In this document: piece after piece, positions 9,482 to 17,885 of the stretch
Layout: each line of letters begins with the position of its first letter
Position numbering within the stretch: the first letter of the stretch is position 1
Source of the DNA: Verrucomicrobiaceae bacterium
Lineage (GTDB): Bacteria > Verrucomicrobiota > Verrucomicrobiia > Verrucomicrobiales > Akkermansiaceae
Direction: 5' to 3'
Assembly (NCBI GenBank): GCA_051252135.1
Contig: JBPOGH010000001.1
Span: forward strand, 160,001-224,000
DNA length: 64,000 nucleotides
Made by a program: the position numbers and the translations under genes
The notes under the pieces: model-generated
Database searches by the model: none
What the model saw: only the letters and a program-made list of their open reading frames with translations
What the model was told of the DNA's origin: nothing

Positions 9482-10381
9482 ATGGCTAAAAAAGCTGCAA
9501 AAAAGAAAGTTGCCAAGAAGGCTGTTAAAAAGGCCGCTGTGAAGAAAACTGCTCCTAAAAAGGTGGTCAAGAAAGCTGCAAAAAAAGCAGCCAAAAAGGC
9601 CGTTAAGAAGGTTCCTGCCAAGAAAAAGGTAGCGAAGAAAGCAGCGAAAAAAGTAGCCAAGAAAGCCACTAAAAAGGCCGCGAAGAAGGCTGCGCCCAAG
9701 AAACAGGCTGTTAAGAAAGCTTCTTCAAAACCGGCAAAAAAAGCTCCTGCCAAGAAGTCGGTCGTGAAGAAGGCGTCTTCAAAACCAGCGAAAAAAGCCT
9801 CTGCTAAGAAGGCCGCAGTCAAAGCTCCGGCAAAAAAGGCAGCCGTAAAGGTATCTGTTAAGAAGGCAGCGAAGAAGGTGACACGTCGTACTCCGGCAAA
9901 GAAAAAGGAGGAGGAAATCATTGAACCTCCGGTGGTTAAACGTGCGTATGTCAAGCCTGAGAAGGTTGCAAAGCTGACGGTTTTTCAAAAGAAACAGCAG
10001 AAGAATCTCATGAGCTTGCGCGATGAGATCATGGATATGATGTATGGGATGCAGAAAGACACCATCAAGAATCCAGCCGAAGGTTCGGAGGCTACCGGGA
10101 GTGGAATGCACCAGGCCGATGCCGGAACCGACTCATACGATCGCGATTTTGCCCTGAACCTTCTGTCGAAGGAGGCGGATGCGGTGAACGAAATTGAAAG
10201 TGCGCTTCAGCGACTGGAACTTGGGACTTACGGGATTTGCGAGGCTTCGGGCGACAAGATTCCCCAGGCACGTCTTGAGGCGATTCCGTTTGCCCGTCTG
10301 ACGGTGGAGGAGCAGAGCAAGCTGGAGCGGCAAAGCAGGGATTATCAGGTTCCGGGCCGAGATGCGTTCGGTTTCAACTAA
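9482..10381 (+). CDS. TraR/DksA-family protein with long Lys/Ala-rich histone-like N-terminus
   Basis: About 140 aa of KKAAKK-type repeats, then coiled coil (HQADAGTD) and ALQRLELGTYGICEASGDKIPQARLEAIPFARL. Confidence 0.88.
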   Translation: MAKKAAKKKVAKKAVKKAAVKKTAPKKVVKKAAKKAAKKAVKKVPAKKKVAKKAAKKVAKKATKKAAKKAAPKKQAVKKASSKPAKKAPAKKSVVKKASSKPAKKASAKKAAVKAPAKKAAVKVSVKKAAKKVTRRTPAKKKEEEIIEPPVVKRAYVKPEKVAKLTVFQKKQQKNLMSLRDEIMDMMYGMQKDTIKNPAEGSEATGSGMHQADAGTDSYDRDFALNLLSKEADAVNEIESALQRLELGTYGICEASGDKIPQARLEAIPFARLTVEEQSKLERQSRDYQVPGRDAFGFN

Positions 10382-10473
10382 CCCAAGACTGCAAAAAAAT
10401 CTATTTTTCACCCGCGTTGAGAAACTTTCTCATCGCGGGTGGATTATATCCGGCTAAGACTTGAAGCAATCGA

Positions 10474-11823
10474 ATGAAGAACACACTTATGATCGCAGTG
10501 GCCTGCCTCCTCACCGGAGGTGCCGTAGGATATCTGGCTGGAAATAATTCCGAGGAAGTTTCAAAGGAAGTAGAAAGGGAAGCCTCCCTCCGGATCGGTG
10601 ACCGGGATCGTTCGGCTACGTCGCGCGACAAGTCATCCGCTAGTAACACACGGAGCTATGAGGATATAGCGGCACTTCCCGGACAAACGGCACGGATTCA
10701 GTCCCTCATCGAGTTGTACTCGGATCTGGATCCGTCGCAGTTTGCGGTGGAGGCGGAAAAGTTGGATGAGTTACCTTTTTCCGAGCGGATTCTGGCAGCA
10801 TACCTTTTGTTTGCAGCGTGGGCGGAAGTTTCTCCATATGATGCGATGGCCCATGCGAATACGAAGATGGGATTTGCGGGAAATTTTGTGAAGCCGACAG
10901 TTCTTCAAAGTTGGGCGGCCTCCGACCCTGCAGGTGCGGCTTCATACTACGAGTCGAATAAGCGGGAGTTTGCCATGATGGGGATGATGGGACGTGGTCC
11001 GGGAGGCGGGCAGTCCGGTGCCGGTGTGGTTGCTGCAGAATGGGCGAAGCAGGATCCTGATTCAGCGCTTACCTGGGCCAAGAGCCTGGAAGGCCGCGAT
11101 GCGGGGCAGGCTGTTTCCGGAGTTCTTACCGAGTTGGCTAAGACCGATCCGGCAAAAGCTGCTTCTATGATTAACGAGGTGGATGAGGCCGGCAGATCCC
11201 GCGCCTATGCGTCAATTGCGGGAGAGTGGGCAAAAAAGGATTGGGCGGCTACCGAATCCTGGTTGGCAACTCTTCCAGCAGATGAACGGGATCGTGCGAC
11301 AGGAAGCGCATTGAAATCTTTGGCGTCTACCAACACGTCACTTGCGGCGCAAAAAACATTGTCCCTCCCTGAAGGGGATGCCCGGTCAGATGCGATGGAG
11401 AATGTGGCCCGCGAAATGGCAAAAGAGAGTCCAACAGATGCCATGGGGTGGGTGATGAAAAATGGAAATGAAGATGCGCAGCGCAAAGCGGTAGGTGATG
11501 TGATTCGCGAATGGGCGAGCACTGATAGTAAAGCCGCGGTGACATGGATTAATGAGCAGGAGGGTGGTCCTGTTCGGGATGAGGCGGTGCAGTCTTATGT
11601 CTTCAGCAATCAAACGGGTAGTGCACGTGAATCAGTAATTCTTGCTGAAACGATCTCCGATGACCGGACACGGGACCGGACCCTGGGGATGTCGGCATTT
11701 CAGTGGATGAACGAGGACAAGGATGCCGCTCAAAGCTACATCGAGTCCACCGATGCCCTCAGCGAGGGAGCAAAAGAACGAATTCTGAATGGTGGTGGGC
11801 GTGGCCCCGGACCCGGCAGGTAG
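10474..11823 (+). CDS. Membrane-anchored/secreted alpha-helical repeat protein
   Basis: N-terminal hydrophobic anchor; repeated WAxxDPxxAxxW-like units (WAASDPAGA, WAKQDPDSALTW, LAKTDPAKA, WASTDSKAAVTW). Confidence 0.75.
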   Translation: MKNTLMIAVACLLTGGAVGYLAGNNSEEVSKEVEREASLRIGDRDRSATSRDKSSASNTRSYEDIAALPGQTARIQSLIELYSDLDPSQFAVEAEKLDELPFSERILAAYLLFAAWAEVSPYDAMAHANTKMGFAGNFVKPTVLQSWAASDPAGAASYYESNKREFAMMGMMGRGPGGGQSGAGVVAAEWAKQDPDSALTWAKSLEGRDAGQAVSGVLTELAKTDPAKAASMINEVDEAGRSRAYASIAGEWAKKDWAATESWLATLPADERDRATGSALKSLASTNTSLAAQKTLSLPEGDARSDAMENVAREMAKESPTDAMGWVMKNGNEDAQRKAVGDVIREWASTDSKAAVTWINEQEGGPVRDEAVQSYVFSNQTGSARESVILAETISDDRTRDRTLGMSAFQWMNEDKDAAQSYIESTDALSEGAKERILNGGGRGPGPGR

Positions 11824-11903
11824 TGGCATTTGCCGTGGTTTTAGCGACGGTTGGGACCCGGAATATTTGACAGGGTGGGATGTTCTTCCCAATTTAGGGA
11901 AGG

Positions 11904-12329
11904 ATGGACGCTCCAACTGACAACTACGCGCTGGCCCGGATCGATCTTCCGGGTGCCAGCACCCATGGGTGGCAGGTTCGTCTCCAGCGCCGGGGGGTAA
12001 AGTATGGAAAGTATTTTGGGGACCGTGTTTTCGGGGGGCCGAGGCGTTCTTATCACGCGGCCCGGGAGTGGCGGGATCAGGTTCTTCAAAAGATCGAAGA
12101 TTCCGAGAAAGCGCGTATTTGTACCCGATCGGCGCGGAATCGCTCCGGGGTGGTGGGGGTGTCCAAAGTGACGGTATTCACAAATGGGGCAGAGTATCAA
12201 TTTTGGCAAGCAACATGGTCTCCATCTCCGGGGCGACGCCGGTGTGTGAAGTTTTCGGTCATGAGATATGGGGACGGTGAAGCCTTCAGATTGGCCGTGG
12301 AAGCAAGGGAAAACGGGATTGGTTGTTGA
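11904..12329 (+). CDS. AP2-like DNA-binding domain protein
   Basis: Two AP2-like modules (GWQVRLQRRG..KYF...AAREWRD; NRSGVVGVS...WQATW...KFSVMRYG..EAFRLAVEAR); TTGACA-17-CAATTT upstream. Confidence 0.7.
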   Translation: MDAPTDNYALARIDLPGASTHGWQVRLQRRGVKYGKYFGDRVFGGPRRSYHAAREWRDQVLQKIEDSEKARICTRSARNRSGVVGVSKVTVFTNGAEYQFWQATWSPSPGRRRCVKFSVMRYGDGEAFRLAVEARENGIGC

Positions 12330-12385
12330 AAGCTGTTGCGGAGTGCTTGCCTTTTGTGCGGAGGGAAGCTTTTCTAGCGCTGCAA

Positions 12386-13264
12386 ATGACGGAAACCTCT
12401 CCAATTGTCTGTAAAGTCACAAAATGGTTCATCTGGCGGGCGCTCTTGATGCTTGTGATGTTTGGTGGATTCGGTGCTTATTTTTTATATGACTGGAAGG
12501 TTGGTTATCCGCAAAAGAATCTCGTAATTGCTCATTATCAGGCTTTTAACGCTGCCGGAAGGGCATGGACGGTAGAGGAGCACCGGAACGACTGGGAGGC
12601 GTTTGCTTCCGAGCAGAAGATTCCTTTTGGTGACGATCTGTCGATTTATCCCGAAGGAACCGATTTTGAGGCCAAGTGGCCGGCGATTCTAGCCAACAAG
12701 GCTGAGATGAAGAAGAAGAGTGACGAAGGTCTTTGGAAGGAATACAGCGGGGAACGCGGATGGCCCCAGCAAATCGATCTCGAGGAGGATCCCAAGCCGG
12801 CATACAAGATTAAGGAGCAATTGATCGCGGCAATGGTGTGTCTTGCGCTGACGGCGATCGCGTTGTTTTTCCTCATCAGGACGAAGGGTCGACGGATGGT
12901 AGCTGATGACAAGGCCTACTACGATCCAAGTGGAAGTCGGATACCATATGTTCAAATGACAGAAATCGACAAGCGGAAGTGGGAGACCAAGGGGCTTGCG
13001 ACGATCACTTACAAGGATGAGTCCGGAGCTTTGAAAAAGGCGAAAGTCGATGGCATGATTTACGGGCAGTTCAAGGAAGAGGATGGAGCCCCGGCAGAGG
13101 CGCTTTTCCAGAGGATACTTGCCAATTTCCAGGGAGAGTTGATCGAATTGGTAGTGGAAGAAGATGATGAGGTGGAGGACGGGGATGCTCGTGAAAGCGA
13201 AGAATCTGAGGGCGATGACGGTGAAAAGAACTCCACGGAAGGGGAGAAGACGGAGAGAGATTAA
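12386..13264 (+). CDS. Hypothetical membrane protein (2 TM, acidic tail)
   Basis: Long ORF, two hydrophobic helices, D/E-rich C-terminus; start uncertain. Confidence 0.7.
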   Translation: MTETSPIVCKVTKWFIWRALLMLVMFGGFGAYFLYDWKVGYPQKNLVIAHYQAFNAAGRAWTVEEHRNDWEAFASEQKIPFGDDLSIYPEGTDFEAKWPAILANKAEMKKKSDEGLWKEYSGERGWPQQIDLEEDPKPAYKIKEQLIAAMVCLALTAIALFFLIRTKGRRMVADDKAYYDPSGSRIPYVQMTEIDKRKWETKGLATITYKDESGALKKAKVDGMIYGQFKEEDGAPAEALFQRILANFQGELIELVVEEDDEVEDGDARESEESEGDDGEKNSTEGEKTERD

Positions 13265-13325
13265 ATTTTAGGGATTGCCAATTAGACAGGACGGCATTAA
13301 TCCCAAGACAGTTCCAACAAAAGCA

Positions 13326-13565
13326 ATGGCAGATAACATCCAAGAAAAAGTCACAGAAATCATCGTTGAGCAGCTCGGTGTGAGCGCAGATCAGGTTAAG
13401 CCTGAGGCCAAGTTGATCGAAGATCTCGGAGCCGACTCACTCGACGCAGTCGAGCTGGTCATGGCTGTGGAGGAAGAATTCGACATTGAGGTCCCCGACG
13501 AAGACGCTGAAAAGCTCGCTACCGTTGGAGACATCATTGTGCATGTCGAAAAGGCAGCCAGCTAG
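13326..13565 (+). CDS. acpP: Acyl carrier protein
   Basis: [27 protein letters not shown]. Confidence 0.98.
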   Translation: MADNIQEKVTEIIVEQLGVSADQVKPEAKLIEDLGADSLDAVELVMAVEEEFDIEVPDEDAEKLATVGDIIVHVEKAAS

Positions 13566-13592
13566 TTTCACGCTGAATTATTTTTGAATAGT

Positions 13593-13620
13593 GGCAGGTC
13601 CTTCGGGTCCTGCCCTTTTC
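13593..13620 (+). terminator. Probable intrinsic terminator after acpP
   Basis: GGCAGG..CTTCGG..CCTGCC stem with UUCG loop followed by CTTTT. Confidence 0.6.
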
Positions 13621-13667
13621 ATTGGCCAGTCCCCGGATATTGGGTGATACTCCTTTAGCCCCTTCTA

Positions 13668-14192
13668 ATGCCGACCCCCGACGATTTTCAATACGCAATG
13701 GAGACCACCCGCGTCCTCCACGAACCTGACCGTCGGATCGATACATTTGGAACCACCAAATTTGAGTTCGAGATTTTGAGTGAGCAAATGGATTCGGTGA
13801 ACGTGGTCAAAGTGCGCCGTGGTGGGGTGGAGGCTCAAAAGCCTCAAATTGTGAAGCCTTCCATGATGTCGGACATCGAGCTGGAGGGGTTCGATCCTGC
13901 GGTTCTTCGCGTCATCGAGCACATGAAGGAGCAAGGCGTTGACCTTGGATTCCTGCAGTATGGGTTTCAGTTCAAGAGAAGTGAAATTGCAGAAGAGGTG
14001 GTCCATGATCACCTTGAAGCGGTGAAGGAGCGAGCTCTTGCAGAAGTGAGGAGGACCGGGAATCCATCTTTGGCGATCATTGAGAGTGTCGATGACGCGT
14101 GGGAAGTGGGAGTGATGAAATTTACGTTGGAAATGATTATGAAATCAGCTGACATCAACCGTTTTGATTTCCGCCGCAGAGGGCTGATGTAG
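13668..14192 (+). CDS. Hypothetical protein
   Basis: 174-aa ORF with natural composition, co-oriented with neighbours; no family recognised. Confidence 0.7.
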   Translation: MPTPDDFQYAMETTRVLHEPDRRIDTFGTTKFEFEILSEQMDSVNVVKVRRGGVEAQKPQIVKPSMMSDIELEGFDPAVLRVIEHMKEQGVDLGFLQYGFQFKRSEIAEEVVHDHLEAVKERALAEVRRTGNPSLAIIESVDDAWEVGVMKFTLEMIMKSADINRFDFRRRGLM

Positions 14193-14209
14193 GCGGTCCC
14201 AGATTATTT

Positions 14210-15100
14210 ATGAAGGGTATTCTTACGGTCATCAAGGTGTTCGCAGCCCTCGCGGTGTTGGCGGTTCTTGGCGGATTGGTGATTTTTTTAAAGGAGTTCC
14301 GCAAGGACTTCGCGCAGCCTGCCGGAGCCAGCGAAGAGCGACTTGATAAGCTGATTGATGAGACCGAGGACTCTACCTTTAAGAGAGGAGAGAGGGAGTT
14401 CAACCGGGCAGTGGAGTTGATTGCGATGGAGCGACTCGACGACGCACGGGAGAAGCTCCTGTTTATCCAGAATCTTCATGCGGATTCTGAATTCGGCCCC
14501 GAAGCGAGACGAATACTTGGTGAGATCAATCTCGATCGCGTCCTTTCGGTGAGCAACATGAACAACAAGGAAGTGCATGTGGTTAAGTCAGGGGATTCGT
14601 TCCTCAGAATTGCCAATCAGCACGATACCACCCTTGACTGCATGATGTTCCTCAACGGCCTTCTTGATACCAATACGCTGCACCCGGGGGACGAATTGAT
14701 CGTAATGTCTCTCGATTTCAAGCTGGTGATCGACCTGGAGCGGGAGAGGGTGGAATTATTTGAGCGGGATGCTGAAAAAAAGGAGCACGTATTTACGAAG
14801 GATTATCCCATTATAAGAGCCGATGTGCCGGGATCGGGATCCAGGTCCCAGTATTCGAAGATTAGCGGTAAGGTGGGTGAAGATCGAGGACGGTCCTACC
14901 AGCCGATACATTCGAAGTATCGGAATGGGACAAAGGTGCTTACTTTCAAGTTGGGAGGTCGGATCATCCAATTGCGGCCAGTGCCCGAGGCTGACGAGGA
15001 GGATCCCGGTAGCGGGATTTTTCTTTCCAATTCCGATATGGAGGAATTGGCAATGTTGATTCGGGTTGGGAATGAAGTGGAAATTCGGCGTCGGAACTGA
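14210..15100 (+). CDS. LysM peptidoglycan-binding protein with degenerate L,D-transpeptidase (YkuD)-like domain
   Basis: N-terminal TM; LysM HVVKSGDSFLRIANQHDTT...LHPGDELIV; C-term LSNSDMEELAMLIRVGNEVEI resembles YkuD end. Confidence 0.78.
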   Translation: MKGILTVIKVFAALAVLAVLGGLVIFLKEFRKDFAQPAGASEERLDKLIDETEDSTFKRGEREFNRAVELIAMERLDDAREKLLFIQNLHADSEFGPEARRILGEINLDRVLSVSNMNNKEVHVVKSGDSFLRIANQHDTTLDCMMFLNGLLDTNTLHPGDELIVMSLDFKLVIDLERERVELFERDAEKKEHVFTKDYPIIRADVPGSGSRSQYSKISGKVGEDRGRSYQPIHSKYRNGTKVLTFKLGGRIIQLRPVPEADEEDPGSGIFLSNSDMEELAMLIRVGNEVEIRRRN

Positions 15101-15123
15101 TAGCCTTAGCGCAGAGAAAATTT

Positions 15124-16077
15124 ATGGAACTGTTGGAATTTGAGAAACCGATCGCCGAACTGGAAGGTGAGCTTCTGAGACTTCGGGAGAAATCCTCATC
15201 CCAAGATATTGATCTTAGTGGCGAAATCTCGGCAATTGAGACAAAACTGGTGGATACGCGGCGGCGTATCTACGATAATCTCACTTCGTGGCAGCGTGTC
15301 CAGATTGCCAGACATTCCAAACGTCCCTTTATGCTAGATTACGTGGCCAAAGCCTTCGATCATTTCACCGAACTTCACGGTGATCGGATCATTGGTGACG
15401 ACCATTCCATGCCCGGAGGGTTTGGGACAATTGGAGGGCAGCGTTGCGTGGTGCTGGGTCATCAGAAGGGGCGGGATCTTAAAGAAAATCTCAAGCGTAA
15501 TTTCGGCTCGGCTCATCCTGAAGGGTATCGGAAGGCGTTGCGATTGATGGAGCTGGCCGAGAAATTTTCCTTACCCATTGTGGCGCTGATTGATACCCCC
15601 GGCGCCTTCCCGGGAATTGGAGCAGAGGAGCGAAATATTGCGGAAGCGATCGCGCGTAATTTGCGCGAGATGATGTTACTCAAAGTTCCTGTGATTTCCG
15701 TGGTTCTGGGAGAAGGTGGATCGGGAGGAGCACTGGGCATCGGGGTCGCGGATCGGGTTCTGATGATGGAAAACGCCTACTATTCGGTGATCAGTCCCGA
15801 AGGTTGTGCTGCCATTCTTTGGAAACACCGGAAGCATGCTCCCGAGGCCGCTGAGGCGATGAAGATTGCCGCTCCCGATTTGATGGAGTTGGGCTTGATT
15901 GATGGTGTAATTCCCGAGGTTCGCGGAGGAGCCCATCATGATGCTGAAGCTGCGGCTGCTGCGCTGCGCAGCGAGGTGGTTCGTCAAATCGAAGAGCTCA
16001 AGAAGCTTTCGGTGGAGGAACTCAGGACCCAGCGTTACGAAAAATTTAGGAAGTTCGGTTCCTGGTCCGAGGCTTAA
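15124..16077 (+). CDS. accA: Acetyl-CoA carboxylase carboxyltransferase alpha subunit
   Basis: LEFEKPI, GHQKGR, PEGYRKALR, IDTPGA, GEGGSGGALG, SVISPEGCAAILW. Confidence 0.98.
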   Translation: MELLEFEKPIAELEGELLRLREKSSSQDIDLSGEISAIETKLVDTRRRIYDNLTSWQRVQIARHSKRPFMLDYVAKAFDHFTELHGDRIIGDDHSMPGGFGTIGGQRCVVLGHQKGRDLKENLKRNFGSAHPEGYRKALRLMELAEKFSLPIVALIDTPGAFPGIGAEERNIAEAIARNLREMMLLKVPVISVVLGEGGSGGALGIGVADRVLMMENAYYSVISPEGCAAILWKHRKHAPEAAEAMKIAAPDLMELGLIDGVIPEVRGGAHHDAEAAAAALRSEVVRQIEELKKLSVEELRTQRYEKFRKFGSWSEA

Positions 16078-17393
16078 GGGTATCCGCCGGCCCGAGGGGC
16101 TAGGAGTCTCCAGAAGCGGCGGTCCTGATTGTCAGGAACGAGCAGGCGTTGTGTCGTAGGCGCTTCTGTGGTGAGGACGGTGAGATCTTCCCAAGATTGG
16201 GCTCTGAGATCGTCTGATCCCTGAAGGAGAAACTGCCCCTGGTAGCCACCCTTGAAGGCGAGCTGGAGAAAGCCGCTGGAATCACGTGCCAGGCTGAGTG
16301 CGGGGGCCAGCGGATTTTTGCTGGTTTTTATGGAGCGGATGATCCCTTCGTCGTTGCAGGTGATGATGAGGTCTCCGTTTGAGGCGAGATGAATTGATCG
16401 GGGTTCTGAGATTTGATCGATTGAGGGGTTTCTCGGGATTGGAGCAGGGTTGCGAATATTTCCGCTGCCTGAGCCTGAGAGAAGACGGTGGATGTTTCCG
16501 GAAAGGTCGACCCACCAGATGTCGCCTCCTTTTTGAGTGGCGAGAAAGTAGGAACCGTCGGGAAGGAAGGCGATGCCGCGAACCCGATCAAGATGTGCGT
16601 CGAGCGCTGCGGTTCCGTCGACTCCGGGGCCGTCTCCGGTGAATCCTGTGCCGGCGATGACGGTGGGGGTGGCGCCGGGGTTGCGGACGCGGTAGACGCG
16701 GTTGTCCCCGGCACTTGTGATTCCCACGCTTCGGTCCGGGGCGACATCGAGGTTGCCCAGCCCATTTTGACCGGCGGGAAGGCGGGTGAACTCAACCAAG
16801 CCGTCCTGGCTGGTGTAGCGCATGACTTTTTGAAGACCTCCCCCGATGTATTCACCGCAGAAGTAGATCGTTTTTTCATCCTCGCTTACCCATAATCCAC
16901 GCCCCGCACCGAATCCGGCGGGGTAGTGAATCACGGTGGCGCAGATTCCCGACTGATCGACCTTTCGGATTTTCTGATTTCCGGTATCGAGAATGTAGAC
17001 CGTGCCGTGAGCCAGGACGTGAAGGCCATTGGGGTTGTTGAGGGCGACGGTAAGCGGGTTGGCTGGGGAATCAGTTCCGTTTCCTTCGGTATGGGTGCCT
17101 GCGACGGTATGAATGGCTGCGCCATCAGGGTCGACTCTCAGGATGCTGTGAGATTCCTTGTCGACGATGTAGACGTTTCCCCAAAAGTCGGTTCCGGCGT
17201 CATGGGGGTTTGAGAGTTCTACGGAAAGGGGAGAGGCTCCTTCGTAGGTGGGGATCCAAAAATTGGGGTCGGCGACATTGCCGTTCTCGAGATCCCCTTT
17301 TCCGGCGATGGTGAGGAGCGTGGGAAAATGATCGAGAAGCCCTTCTGCTGAAGCGGAGAGAGAAAAAATGGCGAAGAGGAGAGATTTCCGCAT
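16074..17393 (-). CDS. Secreted NHL-repeat beta-propeller protein with C-terminal surface-protein domain
   Basis: Signal peptide; NHL repeats (LSNPHD...GNVYIVD, LNNPNGL...VYILDTGNQKIRKV); C-term LQGSDDL...W...RRFWRL. Confidence 0.8.
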   Translation of the reverse strand: MRKSLLFAIFSLSASAEGLLDHFPTLLTIAGKGDLENGNVADPNFWIPTYEGASPLSVELSNPHDAGTDFWGNVYIVDKESHSILRVDPDGAAIHTVAGTHTEGNGTDSPANPLTVALNNPNGLHVLAHGTVYILDTGNQKIRKVDQSGICATVIHYPAGFGAGRGLWVSEDEKTIYFCGEYIGGGLQKVMRYTSQDGLVEFTRLPAGQNGLGNLDVAPDRSVGITSAGDNRVYRVRNPGATPTVIAGTGFTGDGPGVDGTAALDAHLDRVRGIAFLPDGSYFLATQKGGDIWWVDLSGNIHRLLSGSGSGNIRNPAPIPRNPSIDQISEPRSIHLASNGDLIITCNDEGIIRSIKTSKNPLAPALSLARDSSGFLQLAFKGGYQGQFLLQGSDDLRAQSWEDLTVLTTEAPTTQRLLVPDNQDRRFWRLLAPRAGGYP

Positions 17394-17405
17394 GGGGAAA
17401 ACGGG

Positions 17406-17885
17406 TTACTCGGCGAGCACGGTAAGGCCATGGATGCGCCAGCCGTCGTCATTGATAAAGTGAAGCTCAAGGGAACCGGAACGGTCTTCTTTCCAGTTGG
17501 GGCCCATGGCGATGCGGAAGTCGGCGCTGACTAGAGCGCTTGCCGAGTCGCCGTCGATGACAATCGAGCGATCCATTTCGGTAATTTTGAAATAGGTGAT
17601 CCATTGATGGAATTCATCGAGTTTTTGGGTGAGGTCTCTTCGGGAGTAATCACCGGATTCGACGGGCGCAGGCACGGCAACGGCAACGTTTTGAGTGAAA
17701 AGTTCCGCGAAAGCGGAGTGACGCTTGTCCCGGTTGTCGAGGGAGAGTTTTTCGAATTCAACGGTTTCGACAAAGAGGTCGATCCGGCTGTTGATTTGCT
17801 GTTCGGCCTGTCCTCGCCACCAGAAGTAAGCCGCAGCAACGATAGCAATGGAGATTCCGAGGATGAGAGAAAAGCGCTGGGACAT
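17406..17885 (-). CDS. Hypothetical membrane-anchored protein, NTF2/SnoaL-like
   Basis: N-terminal TM; IVIDGDSASALV and HFINDDGWRI pattern typical of NTF2-like folds. Confidence 0.6.
   Translation of the reverse strand: MSQRFSLILGISIAIVAAAYFWWRGQAEQQINSRIDLFVETVEFEKLSLDNRDKRHSAFAELFTQNVAVAVPAPVESGDYSRRDLTQKLDEFHQWITYFKITEMDRSIVIDGDSASALVSADFRIAMGPNWKEDRSGSLELHFINDDGWRIHGLTVLAE

Noticed and set aside
9482..9900. AAGAAGGC-like repeats (also 19240-19400) as a CRISPR array or DNA tandem repeat
   Set aside because: Repeats are conserved at protein level with varied synonymous codons; no repeat-spacer structure or cas genes.
9457..9954. Phe/Ala-rich minus-strand ORF (and 19102-19521)
   Set aside because: Antisense shadow of the Lys/Ala-rich genes.
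11904..12329. AP2 gene as a homing endonuclease or mobile element
   Set aside because: No HNH or other nuclease domain, and no intron or IS context.
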